From NCBI RefSeq assembly GCF_001194135.2, contig NC_068986.1:36135255-36199254 (forward strand): 64,000 nucleotides of DNA, in the 5' to 3' direction. Below are positions 1-13,102 of the stretch, one piece after another. Both the position numbers and the translations under genes were made by a program. How positions within the stretch are numbered: position 1 is the stretch's first letter; each line of letters begins with the position of its first letter. This stretch comes from Octopus bimaculoides (Eukaryota). The notes beneath the pieces were generated by a model. That model searched no databases. It was given only the letters and a program-made list of their open reading frames with translations, and had not been told where the DNA came from.

Positions 1-90
1 AGTGGTAGAGGGAGAAAGAGAGGGAGGAAGTAGAAGAATAGGTGAGCAACGAGAGGAAAAGAGAAAGAGAGGAAATACGAGGGGGAAAAG

Positions 91-170
91 GAGATACGTA
101 GTAGTAACAGAGGAAGAACAAGAGGGGTAAGGCGAGATACGTAGTAGTACAGAGGAAGAACGAGGGGGGG
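91..170. repeat. About 43-bp imperfect tandem duplication
   Basis: GAGATACGTAGTAGTA(A)CAGAGGAAGAAC at 91 and 134. Confidence 0.85.
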
Positions 171-180
171 GGAGAAATAC

Positions 181-212
<32 letters not shown>

Positions 213-3200
213 TTATGATGTGTCTGCGTCTGAGTGTTTTCGTATTCCATTGGATGGCAACCACCAGTATTAATATGGTTACGCCCATTTAAGAATTTCG
301 GGTCGGCAAAAGAGACCGACAGAATAAGTATCAGTCATAAATAAAAGAAATGCTGGTGTCGATTTGTGCGATTATACTCTTAAAGGTGTTTATTTTATAC
401 TACAGTATCAAATATGAATCTCATTTACATATAAGGTCTTAGAGAGCGGTTTGCAAGAACTATGTCTGCTATTTTTAGCTTATCGGCCGAGAACGAGAAT
501 TCCACTTCATTATATCGTCCCTTATTCACAGCTTGTTACTGTGTACGGAAAGACATTGAGTAACCCTCTATACTGGCATCAGTCATCATCAATATTAGTG
601 CAATCCTATTTTAAATTTGGTTTCGTTGGAATTTAAATTGAAAAACTGAAACAGTAAAAAAGCTTCAATCTTCTTTCTTTACATATTTTGCTCCTTTTCT
701 TTTCTCCATTATCTATCTCTTCGACCTCTCAATCTTTTTTACTATCTCTATGAACCAGATTCTGTGAAATGTAGAAATGTGCTATTAATTGGGCTACATG
801 CATTTGGAGAACGAGAATAGAAATTTAATAGTGGCATGTCAATTTTCACCATTATTTTAAAAAGAAAGCATCAATTTCTATAACATTAGTCTGGTAATTT
901 ACAACTACAAAAACTGATTGCTAATTAAAAATAAGAGTATAATAATTGATCATTAAGAAATACAGAAAAGTGCTAATTTATCATAAATACATACATGTTG
1001 TATACCCACGCACACACACATGTTGCATATACATACATTGTCCCACACATGTGGTACACACAAACACACATCCATGAATGTTACATATACATATATTATA
1101 TGCATTTATATAAAAACTAACACATACATTTGTATCTACGAAAATACATAATTATATAAAATCAACTGAGATTTGTAAAAGAACAAATACAATCCAAATT
1201 GTAACAATATAATATATTAGTAACGTAATTTGAGTTGGGAGGCCGAAATTTCTTTAGAATTTTTATTTACTTTCTTATTTCAGAATCTGATGCAATAATC
1301 ACAATGATGATGACGGCCACTACAATTGTAATGAACTTACACTGGTAAAAGTCTTTTCTTCGCAATTAATGAATCGCTTCGATTTATAATCTATTGAATT
1401 AATGAAAATAAATAATTTATGGAAACAGCTGAAAAGCTTTTAATATTATCTGACAATTTCGCATTATATTACGTCAAATTCGCATCCTTTTGATGAATCG
1501 TTGCAATAATATTATTATTAAAATTTTTGAACAATAATAATAATATTATTATTAAATTAATAATTTCTTAAATATACAATGAAAGTAATCACAGGATAAA
1601 GTCTTCAAAACAGTGAAAATTTAAAATAAAACTGATTAAAAACTGAAATATAATGTCGATTAAAAAGATCCCAAGTGTAATGGTATTAACCAACAGAAGA
1701 AATAAATAAATAGCTCTGTGGCAACCGGACGTAAATCTTTATTAGGAAATCAGCGAGAAACTTGATAAACAAGTTATAACAGAAGATACTTAAAAGCATC
1801 CAGAATATTCTCTCATAAACCGATATAGTTTTCTCTCTTTCAGAGAAGTTTTGAAAGAAAGTGAATAGCTTCCATTACATTACAACTGCCAGGTGTCTGT
1901 TGGAACTATGTCACCTTGTGAACTATAATAATCCCTCCGTTACTACCGTTGAATTTTTCGTGATTGACAAACAGTGCTTATAACCAGGGTAGGTGCAGAA
2001 TGGTAGAATCTGTGCAGCATCGGATAAATGCTTTGTAGGTTTTGGTCATGTCTCGTTACCTTATGAGACCAAATCCAATTGAGACTGGCTTTTCCTTTCC
2101 TTTCGATGATACCTTGCCATCCGAAAATGAGGTAATTATAGCGGGAATACACCATGTCAATATATTATATATAGCGATTAAAAGTATAGGGGAAAATTTG
2201 CAAGAACAAAAGAAATATTAACAGAATTGACCCAAGTATAACACGGGTAGAGATTTCAAAAATTACGGAGAGAATTCATACCTGTGTGACGTTCTAATAT
2301 AAAAAATATACTTATTATGTACTCTAATTTTCAATATTTATTAATTTCTATGTTGGTACAGTTACCAAAATATTTTTATATATTAATTTAGAACAAATTT
2401 GCGGTGCATTTCATAAGAAATGGTGTTCATTAAATGTACCTTAAATATTACAGGTAATCATTTGATCGAAAATGCAGATCGATGAAAATTTAATACACTT
2501 CGATAAAATTTAATATTGGCAAATAATCGGAACAAAAGCATTTGCTGCCGATTATCTAATTCAACTCTTTACACTCACCACTATCTCAATTACTCTAATC
2601 TAACGTAATAATACAACCATCGTACATGCCAGTAACTTATGAAAATTAATTCCGCTTTGCGATGTTTGAAATACATTTGCATTTAATTCCATAAAATTAT
2701 GTAAAATCTAATAATGCATAACACAATGAACTGCATTTAATCTTATTATATAAAACTTTGGTCTATGGATATAAGTATAAATGACCACCTCACCGTTTTG
2801 GTATAAACAGCTGAACATCTGCCTTCTTGATAAAAAGAAATCTATTTATTATAATGACAAGGTTCTAACACTAATGTTCCGGAAGGTGCCGTGGCGCAAT
2901 AAAATATATTCGACAAAACCCTTCTGCAAACCTTGTTTCACGTATAGCTACCCTCTGCAACACTTGCCTACTTATGTATTTGACCAGCAGTAACCTCACA
3001 ATGGGTTAAGAAGAACATTAACATTATCAATCATGCCGCTGAAGGAGACCATTAAATGCTGTTGCCCCTACCACTCGACCTTGCAAATATATTAGATTAA
3101 AAATGTTGCAATAAAATTCCTTATCAAATTAGTGCAGTCACTAATCTAATTTCATTATTTCTATCATCGCATTTGTTTAAGAGGATGAATTATTGCGTAA

Positions 3201-4232
3201 GGAAAATAGTTTACAAACAACATTGTGTCGAACTATATGATTTGTTGGAAGTGATACTATGCGCCATAAAAAAATATCATTCTATTTTTTGTGGAAGCTT
3301 AACGGCTGACACACAATTAGCTTATCAAATACCATTACCTACTTGATTGGAACAAGAATTCCCAATTGCTTAAAAAATTTATAAACTTGGTTAATACCTT
3401 GAATTAAATGATACTTAGTACAAGTGAGAAATTGAGATGTCGGAGAGAAATATTCCTGTGTATAAAGGAGAGAGAGACTCCGGTGGTTTGAATGAATCGA
3501 TTGCTTAACATTAACGAGACACTCATCAATTTGATTGCACCACTACATATACCATCATATCATGTGGATGTCTCTTTGTGATTGCTCAACAAATCTACTG
3601 TCAAACTAGACAATGCTTCTTCAATATTTCTCTCTACTGTCTAAGATAGAGAAGGATATAAAAAGATGGGATGGTCACACACTGAAGGCCATTGCCCATT
3701 CCGCTGCGCAGTATAACGACGACTGCAATACATTTGTATGACATGATTCACTCAGCTATTAAGAGTGAAATGTCTTGTTTGCCAACAAAAAACAAAAATC
3801 AATACCAATTTAAAGATGACATCAGCCGACTACTTCAGGTGATTTGCTTTAAGAGCTGTCTCTACAATAGTATCTAGATGCTCACATCTTATGACTTAGA
3901 ACAGCACTCTAGTATTTAAAGGCATTGAACACGACAATGACATAGTGTGCAGAAAATATTCAATAGCTGACGAGTTTGCGATTCCACAGTTGACTGAGCG
4001 GTCACTCAAGTGTGCCTAGATATTATCGGATGTTGCGCTAGAAACATTAAGTATTTGCTTAAACGCTTGAGAATATTTAATTTTGTCCACTTATACTAAG
4101 TGATCAAAAGCAAATGCCATCGACGCTGCATTTCGTATCCCTTTGGCTAACTAAAATAAGTACTAGTCAATTATTTCAATCAATTAAGACATTGCCAGAA
4201 AAAAATAAATGAAATTGGTAACACAAAAACCA

Positions 4233-4233
4233 T

Positions 4234-4311
<78 letters not shown>

Positions 4312-4326
4312 ATGGTGGTGGTAGTA
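4233..4326. repeat. (GTA)n trinucleotide microsatellite
   Basis: Long uninterrupted GTA run, the source of the poly-Ser in ORF 4209-4442. Confidence 0.97.
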
Positions 4327-4834
4327 GTTTTTTTTGTAGATATTTAGCAATGTTAGTTGACTACAAAGTTGAAGATTTTTCCCCTGATGTAAAAATGGAA
4401 GTTGACATTTTTTTTAAAGAAGATTATATTTTTATTGAATAAATTTTAAAAACTGGTAATCTCGTCGAAAGCACAAACCGCGTCGTCTATGAAACAAAAT
4501 TTAGCTAAAGAGGTTAACTAATACGTTACAAAAGCAAAACAAAATCAAAAGAAATCTTTAAAAATAATTCAAGGTAGTTGTGTAAATTACTGTATTGAAA
4601 TATCTCGCAGTCGGTAGCATTTTTGTTATGTTTCCAAATGCAACTTGTATCATAATATATTTTATTATATTTTTCACCACTAACAAATAATAAAATATGT
4701 ATAGGGTAGTTATAGGCTTCTGACTAAGAACAGATATGAAATAAAATTCAAACCTAAGTGAACTAATGAGAAATATGAAGCAACCAAATCAACGAGCACA
4801 ACATAATTGCTATGTGAATAGTAACAAATTTTCC

Positions 4835-5130
4835 AGCCTCATGGTTCTGAGTTCAGACGCTCTGTGTGGTACCTTGAACACGTATTTTCTTCCAAAGCCT
4901 CGGCTGACCAAAGCCTTGTGAGGGCATTTGGTAGACGGCAACTGAAAGAAACCTGTCGTGTGTGTGTGTGTCTACGTATGTGTGCGCGCGCTTGTGCGTG
5001 TGTGTTTTTGCATCTGTTGGTGTCCATATGTCTGTGCGTAACGTTCTACCACTGCTTGACAACAGGTGTTGGTGTAGTTACGTCTCCAAAACTTGATGAT
5101 TATGTAATGGAGACTCACAGGGCAAGATAA
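4835..5130 (+). mobile_element. SINE family B copy
   Basis: GACCAAAGCCTTGTGAGGGCATTTGGTAGACGGCAACTGAAAGAAAC, then a (GT)-rich stretch, then CCACTGCTTGACAACAGGTGTTGGTGTAGTTACGTC. Confidence 0.75.
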
Positions 5131-5344
5131 ATTACTTCAAATTCTGATTGGACATGCTTTGAAAACGTTAACTATAACAGAGACAAACCACTTAAAAAAA
5201 AGAAAAAGCAAAAAAAAAAAGAAAGCTTTAAATACTTATATTGAAAAAGATTTGTGAAAGACATATATTTGACAAATTAATGGAGATCTATTCAGGTGTA
5301 ATGTTACATTTACTAAACTAACAAAAAATAGGAATGGATAGTCT

Positions 5345-5551
5345 TTTCTATTCTAGACACAAAGCCCGAAATTTTAGGGGAGGAGACCAGTAGATTAGAT
5401 CGATTCCAGTACGTAACATGTACTTATTGACCTCGAAAGGATGGAAGGCAAAGTCAACCTCGGTGGAATTTGAACTCAGAACGTAAAGACAGACGAAATA
5501 CTGCTAAACATTTCGCCGAGGATACTAACGTTTCTGTCAGCTCGCCGCCTT
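5345..5551 (-). mobile_element. SINE family A copy
   Basis: Aligns by eye end-to-end with 37631-37842 (GGCAAAGTCAACCTCGGTGGAATTTGAACTCAGAACGTAAAGACAGACGAAATAC). Confidence 0.85.
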
Positions 5552-5751
5552 GAAAGATAGGAATGGATAGAGTAAGTAGATTGGTCTGTGTTGCATGTAC
5601 AACATTTGTTCTGTTGTGAACTATCTCTTATGGAAAGGAAGGTTAGCCCGAATGGAAACATACTGAAGAATTATCTATTTGAGCAGTTATGAAAGCCCAA
5701 GATTAGTTGATGATAGATTATGAATAGTTGATGCTAGATCACGATTCTTAC

Positions 5752-5810
5752 TATAAGCATTCATGTCAGTTGTTGCCGCCATTGCTGCTGTATTTAACGT
5801 TAAGTTAACC
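5752..5810 (-). other. Candidate spliced exon containing a start codon (MAATTDMNAY...)
   Basis: Acceptor tttatttctgttcgatcag|G, GCAGCAATGGCG start context (ATG at 5782) and donor TATA|gtaaga. No homology recognised. Confidence 0.25.
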
Positions 5811-6883
5811 CTGATCGAACAGAAATAAATCAAGGGACATTCCAAACAAGATAAATCTGTTTGCGTTTCTCCATCAGACATATCCTTGATCAATGCATCC
5901 TTTCTTTTGCAAAATAGTAGGATATAACTTCTAGCGGCTCATGAATCCACGTGGATTTTCCCGTGTCGCTCTTCTCATGAAATCCATAGAGAACATTACT
6001 TTACACGTAAGAGTGTGTAATACGTATAAATACTGATGTAATTTACAGTTTATAATTACGAAGAAAAAATTGCCCATATAATATATATCTACAAATGAAT
6101 ATTGAAAGTATTGTATTTTTCCTTTATTTGAACATTTACAGAATTATTTTAGAGCCATTAAAGAGAAAAGAATTCATATACATTTACAAAAGGAAAAGGA
6201 ATGAAGAATATGGAAATTTATGAAGGAAACCGTTTGTTACAAAAAACGTTGATGCAATAAAATTAAGAGGCGTCCAAGATATAGAGATTTGAATAATAAC
6301 ACTGGAGAAGTGAAGAATCAAAATGAAAGGGAAACATATTTGAAAAAAAGAATTCGTATACAAGAACAAACATCGGTTTGGTATATATACATACGAAAGA
6401 GAATATTTATTCGCAGGTGNNNNNNNNNNTATATATATATATATGTACAAACACAGAATTTTCTATGTATATTGCAGGTAGTCAATAGAAAAAAAAATGG
6501 ATGTGTGTGAATAAAAGTATATCCGTATATCATTATGTGCTCATATAGCATATTTTGCCTAGTGGAAAGTTAACGAAGTGAAAAAGCTCGGAAACATACA
6601 TCACCGTCGTTTCTCGGAAGTTTTAATTCTATACAAATATTATTTAAAGAGATATTAAGACAAGTTTATATTTTATAAGAATGACATGCTTTAGTATATA
6701 TTGTCGCCTCGAGTGATAAAAGTCTATAAGGAATAACATCTGCATAACTATATCACGCGGCGAATTACGAGAAGACTCTGAGCATAGGATGTGTCCAAAC
6801 GGCTCTCATGATATTACTTTCGATCTCTGCCATGAGTTCAAATCCTTCAGTGATCAATTTTGCTTTTAATATTTTCTAGGTCT

Positions 6884-7013
6884 AAGGCAGCGAGCTGGTA
6901 GAAACGTTAGCACGCCGGGTGAAATGCTTAGCGGTATTTCGTCTGTCTTTACGTTCTGAGTTCAAATTCTGCTGAGGTCGACTTTGCATTTCATTCTTTC
7001 GGGGTCGATAAAT
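6884..7013 (+). mobile_element. SINE family A copy, 3'-truncated
   Basis: AAGGCAGCGAGCTGGTAGAAACGTTAGCACGCCGGGTGAAATGC ... GAGTTCAAATTC ... GGGGTCGATAAAT. A more decayed B-box-containing remnant lies just upstream (about 6830-6880). Confidence 0.85.
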
Positions 7014-7305
7014 TTCAGGCCATGTGCCTAGAGTAGAAAAGCATTATCTGATATATTGACTGTGTTTAACTTGTTACAGATATTCGGCCCGGGATTTCAG
7101 TTTAAATATACATTTCACCCTGTCGGCGCTCCTGATAAAGTGTAAGCTCTACCACCCTTCCCGACTAAAAGATAATTCTGTCTGTAATTTTAGGTGTGTA
7201 TGTGTCTGTATGTGGATGTGTGTGCATGAGTGTTGTGCGCGAGCACATGTGTGTGTGTGTGTATGTGTGTGTGTGTGNNNNNNNNNNGAGCACATGTGTG
7301 TGTGT

Positions 7306-7343
<38 letters not shown>

Positions 7344-7473
7344 GGAATTTATCGAGCTATTCCAGTGGATACGGTTAAGAACAACAAACGCATGAAACCT
7401 AACTGGCAGTTTGCAAGGAGAGACTTAGGCGCAACTTCCATTCTTCACTAATGATACTCTCCTACATAAGAGT

Positions 7474-7730
7474 GGGGGCTCGTGGCTTAGTTGTTAGAGT
7501 GTTGGACGCATGATCGTAAGATTGTGCTTTCGATCTATGGACCGGGCGAAACGTTTTGTTCTTGAGCAAAACATTTCATTTCCCGTTGCTCCAGTCACCT
7601 CAGCTGCTAAAAATGAGTAATCCTGCGACGGATCGGTCTCCCGTCCAGATGGGGAATATATAAGCCATGGACACCGGATAACTGGCCCTTATGAGTCTAT
7701 ATGACTCGGGAAGAAACTCCACTTTATTAT
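7474..7730 (+). mobile_element. tRNA-derived SINE with CORE-like domain
   Basis: GGGCTCGTGGCTTAGTTGTTAG (A box) ... TTTCGATCT (B box) ... TTGAGCAAAACATTTCATTTCCCGTTGCTCCAGTC ... CAGCT ... AAATGAGTA. Related heads occur on the minus strand at about 49495-49603 and 59300-59422. Confidence 0.8.
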
Positions 7731-8162
7731 TACTAGCACTACTTCTACATAAAATGCTGCTGGTTAGATAGCAACATTGGGATGTCCAATTATCCACTCA
7801 CTTATTGATACTGAAAACAAATTCATAAGTATACAGTATCGAATTCGTCGAAGAGTATGAAGCGAAAAGTAGAGCATACATAGCTATACAATTAATTAAA
7901 TGAGTGTTCGTTGCTCAGAAACAGCTATATATGTCATAGTGAGATAGCGTTTAAAAGACACTGCTTACATCTCTCCAAGCAGATGTTTTCATCTATCTCA
8001 GCTTCAGACACAATATATAAATTAATTTCGTTAGATCTAACGAAACAGTCAGTTCGTTGTATGTTAATACTATGGATTGTTAAGATGCTCGATCATATTT
8101 AGAACGATGACTTCGAAAACCTGGTACACTTCCTCTCTCACTGAGTTTACCTGTCCTAGTGC

Positions 8163-8202
<40 letters not shown>

Positions 8203-8280
8203 CAATATAAACATTACAGTTATCAATTTGTGTTGCAAGACTCCTGGTGTGAAATCGTGTATCGAAACCGATATTGTTGT

Positions 8281-8644
8281 NNNNNNNNNNNNNNNNNNNN
8301 NNNNNNNNNNNNNNNNNNNNNNNNNNNNNNNNNNNNNNNNNNNNNNNNNNNNNNNNNNNNNNNNNNNNNNNNNNNNNNNNNNNNNNNNNNNNNNNNNNNN
8401 NNNNNNNNNNNNNNNNNNNNNNNNNNNNNNNNNNNNNNNNNNNNNNNNNNNNNNNNNNNNNNNNNNNNNNNNNNNNNNNNNNNNNNNNNNNNNNNNNNNN
8501 NNNNNNNNNNNNNNNNNNNNNNNNNNNNNNNNNNNNNNNNNNNNNNNNNNNNNNNNNNNNNNNNNNNNNNNNNNNNNNNNNNNNNNNNNNNNNNNNNNNN
8601 NNNNNNNNNNNNNNNNNNNNNNNNNNNNNNNNNNNNNNNNNNNN
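8281..8644. other. Assembly gap (representative). Others: 6420-6429, 7278-7287, 9422-9493, 12501-12510, 16431-16655, 17666-17921, 19401-19410, 25386-25592, 59631-60382
   Basis: N runs, each bordered by (CA/TG)n, (TA)n, (GA)n or poly-T on at least one side. Confidence 0.99.
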
Positions 8645-8698
<54 letters not shown>

Positions 8699-8724
8699 CT
8701 TGCGTGTGTCTTATAGTTTTTAGC

Positions 8725-8800
8725 AGCAGTGTGGCCTTCTCCCCAGCAGCCCCATCCACTCATCTCGTTGGGCTGCTGCTGTCCTAAGACCCGAAAATAT
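8725..8800 (-). mobile_element. RTE-like LINE extreme 3' end remnant
   Basis: Minus frame GLRTAAAQRDEWMGLLGRRPHCC* resembles the RTE terminal 'xAxDRxxWRxxv' segment. Confidence 0.4.
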
Positions 8801-8985
8801 GATGAAAATTTCTGTATTCCTCTGTGGATGTGTGTTCCCCCATGGTGTTACCTTCGTGGTATTGTTGTCACCAACGCTACTGTCGCCGTGGTTGCTGATA
8901 ACTACCAGCGGTAGCGGTGGTTTATGATAACAACACGATTAACAACGACTATGATACAAACACACACACACACACACACACACAT

Positions 8986-9071
<86 letters not shown>

Positions 9072-9160
9072 GGACAGAAGCGTCTCTGCACGTTCGGATA
9101 CGCACCTTAGAAGAACAGACTGGAGTAAGTGGAGCAAGAACACACACGAGAATGAAAAGT

Positions 9161-9205
9161 GTTGCTGAAGAGGTCACAAATGTGTGACGAAATATTCCCG
9201 GACAG
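9161..9205 (+). ncRNA. Degenerate hammerhead-like motif
   Basis: CTGAAGA (9165-9171), then G, a 6-bp stem II GTCACA/TGTGAC with loop AATG, then GAAA (9189-9192) and TATTC. Stems I and III are weak. AATAAA follows at 9223. Confidence 0.5.
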
Positions 9206-11745
9206 TTGGCATGAGTTAAAATAATAAAATAAGTACAGTAATAAACGAGTGAAGAAAAATATATAGTTAGTTTTTCTTTGGCAAAAAAAATAAAAATGAC
9301 CATCCTGAAATACAATGTATTGCCATAAAGGAAAAACTTAATCCCTACAAAGTGTGACTAAGGGTGCAGAATCACCTACACTCAAGGTGCTTAGTCACAT
9401 TTTGTGATGATTAAACCTTTTNNNNNNNNNNNNNNNNNNNNNNNNNNNNNNNNNNNNNNNNNNNNNNNNNNNNNNNNNNNNNNNNNNNNNNNNATATATA
9501 TATATATATATATGTATGTATATATATATATATATGTATGTATATATGTATGTATGTATATATATATATATATGTATGTATATATGTATGTATGTATGTA
9601 TAATGGTAACATATTGTGCATGGTTGTATATATATATAAAGTAAAACTAACAACAGAATGCAGCAAATAAAAGATTATGTAACGCAACTGGAAGTAAGAA
9701 GTTTCTATAGTTTAGAATACAGAACCAAAGAAAAGGTTGTTTGTTTTATTTCCCAAATGCTTTAGTGGCATAAACGAATGGAAATCGCTTTAAATTGGAA
9801 TGAAAAAAAAGCCTCGTGAATTTGATTATGTATAAAAATGAAAGAAAATGAAAACACTTAACAGGAAATAAATCTTATGGGATACCCAATGTGTTTTATT
9901 ATGGATAACAAATTTATTACACGTTATTTTGCCAGAATATATTAATTTCGTTGTTTAAATCTTGAATTCAGAAATGTCCGTTTCGGGCTTAGTTTTCATT
10001 TGTGGCTAAATATATATATATAAGTAATATATGAAATTTATTAGAACGTTGATGATTTATGTTATGCGAATTAATATCAAATCCCCAGTGAAACAGTTTC
10101 ATGACGTATTAAAATTCAATGAAAGCAATGTAGTCTAATGACTAACGTTGAAGCTTATGCATGCATATGCGTATGCTTCAGCTCATCTATAACAATGGCG
10201 ACTGTATTTCCCGGAGGAAAATAAATACATAGCATAAACTGTTGTAACTATGAACTTGTGTCACGTAAAAGAAACTCCTTATTTTCGAATCCAATGTATA
10301 TATTCCTCTCTTGTGAATAAATGCAAAATCTGGGTGATCAAAATCAATTGATAAACCGCAATTTACACTCCAAATTAAAAAATAATGAACGCCTCAAAAC
10401 TGATTCTCCGTTTGATATAAGGTTTCATCAAAAATAGCAAATTACTCAGAATAAATCTGTTACTAAAATCACGCCCTATAATCTCGCGTGATGTCTACAT
10501 ATTTACAGATTAGTGCGACACCTACATAATTAATATGTAACATTAAATGTGTTAAACTACAGGATTGTAGATAATAGCATTTTCTTCAAGACTGCAATGT
10601 TAATTTGAGGTAATATGGGGTGCTATCTCTAGCTGATGTAGCAACTTTCTAGAAGGCTTCTCGGTGGTTAATGCTGTTGTTTAGCCCAGGTGAGCTCTGA
10701 TTTAATAGCTTTTTGCGATCCTATCGCACATTGCCAATATTTTTGAAATGCATTGATAATGAACGAATAGATAATATCGCTTCAGGACTGACGCTGAACA
10801 CTACTAAAGAAAAACACAAGAACAATGCAAAGCTTTAAACAAGGGCATGGATCAGTAGCATATATAAAGATGAATCGTAGAAAAGGGCTAGACAGGTGGC
10901 ATGTACTCTCTAACTTGAATACATTAAGTGGTTGTAAGCAACATACCAGCCAATTCAGTTTGTTCCTCAGTATCTTCTAAAAGTAGGTTGCGGCCCAGGA
11001 TAAACGAAATCCATGATATATGATATTAAAGTCGGTAAATGTATTATGCATTAGAACTGTTACGTTCGTCTACGTTGTGAGTTCAAATCTCTTTGATTGA
11101 CCGAATGAGTATTCGTTACGTCTCTTTAATCTGAAAAGTACCATATATAAAAGCACATCAAGTGAACCTCACATTCTACAGAAAACAGTGGTCATGTAAT
11201 TATGCAAACCTAATTAATAACTCATACCCTTCAAGTCAAAACGAATCTTTTATTCATAGCACTAATATGATAAAAGAGGTTTGAGAAAGAATCTTTGAAA
11301 TGTTGAAACAACATCATGGCTATTACTTAATTTTCCCTTGCACTTCGTATTCTATTAAACTAATAAATAATCAAACAAAAGCTGAATCTTAATAGACTGA
11401 CGAAAATAGAAAATATCAGAAAGAAAACGTTAATTGTTTACTTCATAACAATTAGCTTTATTTTCTTTTTTTCTATATATAATTTTATGTAATGTAATTT
11501 ACATTAATCTTATTAGTATAAAAGCTATTCGAACCCGCTCTTGATCACAATGTTAGAATTACCTCCATATTTCATTATTTCATGATAGGACTGTTGCTTT
11601 GAAATTTTGCGATAAATATTCATAAACTGTTTTGAGTAATGTATCATTTGTCTTACTTGACATTCTAAATTGAAGCTTCAAGATTACATTTATAAAACAC
11701 ATGCCTGAAATGCTTTTATATAGATTAATATTTCAATTGAAATAT

Positions 11746-12440
11746 AACAGATGGTGTCAAAATGTTCCCAGACTAGTTCTGCAGTGCGCCAACAGATGGT
11801 AGCATACAGGTGCATGCGCAGTGAGAGCTAGCAGTGATCCTCATGAGGCAGTGTGCTGAGTGATATCGCTGTATTTACTCAGTAAGTTGTGAAATTTGTG
11901 TTTGTGTGATCACGTGTATGCTGCAGTCAATTTTTGTAGGAAATGTTTGTCATGGACAGGAAATTGGTACAAAGAGCCAACGTAAAATTTTGCGTTAAAC
12001 TTGGGAAGCCTGCAACAGAGACATTGAGTATGCATCGGCAAGCTTACGGCGACGAGACATCGGGTTGTACGCCGCAATAATTCGAGTGGCATGGGTACTT
12101 CAAAAGCGGAAGAACGTCCTTGGAAGATGATATGCGTTCTAGATGACCTTCCACGAGCGTCACTGCTGGAAATATGGGGAAAATTCATAAGTGTATGCAT
12201 CGGACGAGAAAAATCAACGACGTTTTGAGGAAGGGCATTTGAGGAAGCGTTTCTGGAAGGGCATTTGGCGAAACCGACTGGATTTGTGGAGCGCGAAGAA
12301 TTGGATTCTTCACAATTCCAATGCACTCTGTCACTGAGCTCTCCTCACTCGTGATTTTGTCACCCAAAACATGGTATGGCGTCCGCACACGCCCTGTTTA
12401 CCAGATTTAGAATCTGCGGACTTCTATCTCTTCCCCAAGA
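11746..12440 (+). mobile_element. Decayed, internally deleted mariner (Tc1/mariner) transposon
   Basis: Mariner-like left end (CAGATGGTGTCAAAATGTTCCCAGACT). From the ATG at 11952 it reads MDRKLVQRANVKFCVKLGKPATETLSMHRQAYGDE..*FEWHGYFKSGRTSLEDDMRSR*PSTS (HTH region). It later reads DLWSAKNWILHNSNA and PHTPCLPDLESADFYLFPKI (cf. HDNA and YSPDLAP motifs). In-frame stops are present and the right end is not seen. Confidence 0.92.
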
Positions 12441-13028
12441 TAATGCAGCCCAAAGTCGCCATTGTCGTGTGTGTATGTATGTGTGCGCGCACATATATAC
12501 NNNNNNNNNNTATATATGCACACACACACACACATATATGTATGTATATATGTATGTATATAACTGAACAAAAATAAGAAACATTCTGAAACATTACTAT
12601 ATATAATCCTGTATGTGATACGTGAAGAAAAGAAAGAAAAAATCTTCTTATAAACATGCATACACACATATATGTACAAACGATGATACAAAGAAGTCTA
12701 TGTGTGTGTTTCACAGAACATATAGAATTATATACTTCAAAGTGTCTATTAAAATGTTTAACATCTTTATCTCCGCATCATGCATGTCTATTTATTCCCA
12801 AACATGTTAATACTATTCGTGATTTGTTTTTGTCTATTAATATCAGGTGACACCGTTACTTTCACGAAAACAGTTTCTATTTACATGTATTTGATAAGTG
12901 TATCCGAGTACATCAATGAACAATACAAATATTCGCTTGCCACGCTTTATTTTTTTCAGTCTACCAACGTGTATCTCATGCGTTCTTAATGTGATACAAT
13001 CCCGTGATAGTTTTCATGTTCTTCATAT

Positions 13029-13052
13029 AACAACAACAACAACAACAACAAC

Positions 13053-13100
<48 letters not shown>
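13029..13100. repeat. Compound (ACA)n(ATA)n microsatellite at the tail of a SINE
   Basis: Directly visible, and adjoins the 3' end of the minus-strand SINE at 13103-13307. Confidence 0.95.
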
Positions 13101-13101
<1 letters not shown>

Positions 13102-13102
13102 G

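Noticed and set aside
6775-6812. CTGAGCATAGGATGTGTCCAAACGGCTC, hammerhead-shaped
   Set aside because: Both core boxes are non-canonical and the stems are only 3 bp.
7240-7340. Apparent duplication of GAGCACATGTGTGTG... on both sides of a 10-N gap
   Set aside because: Typical unmerged contig overlap at a placeholder gap, so an assembly artefact rather than a tandem duplication.
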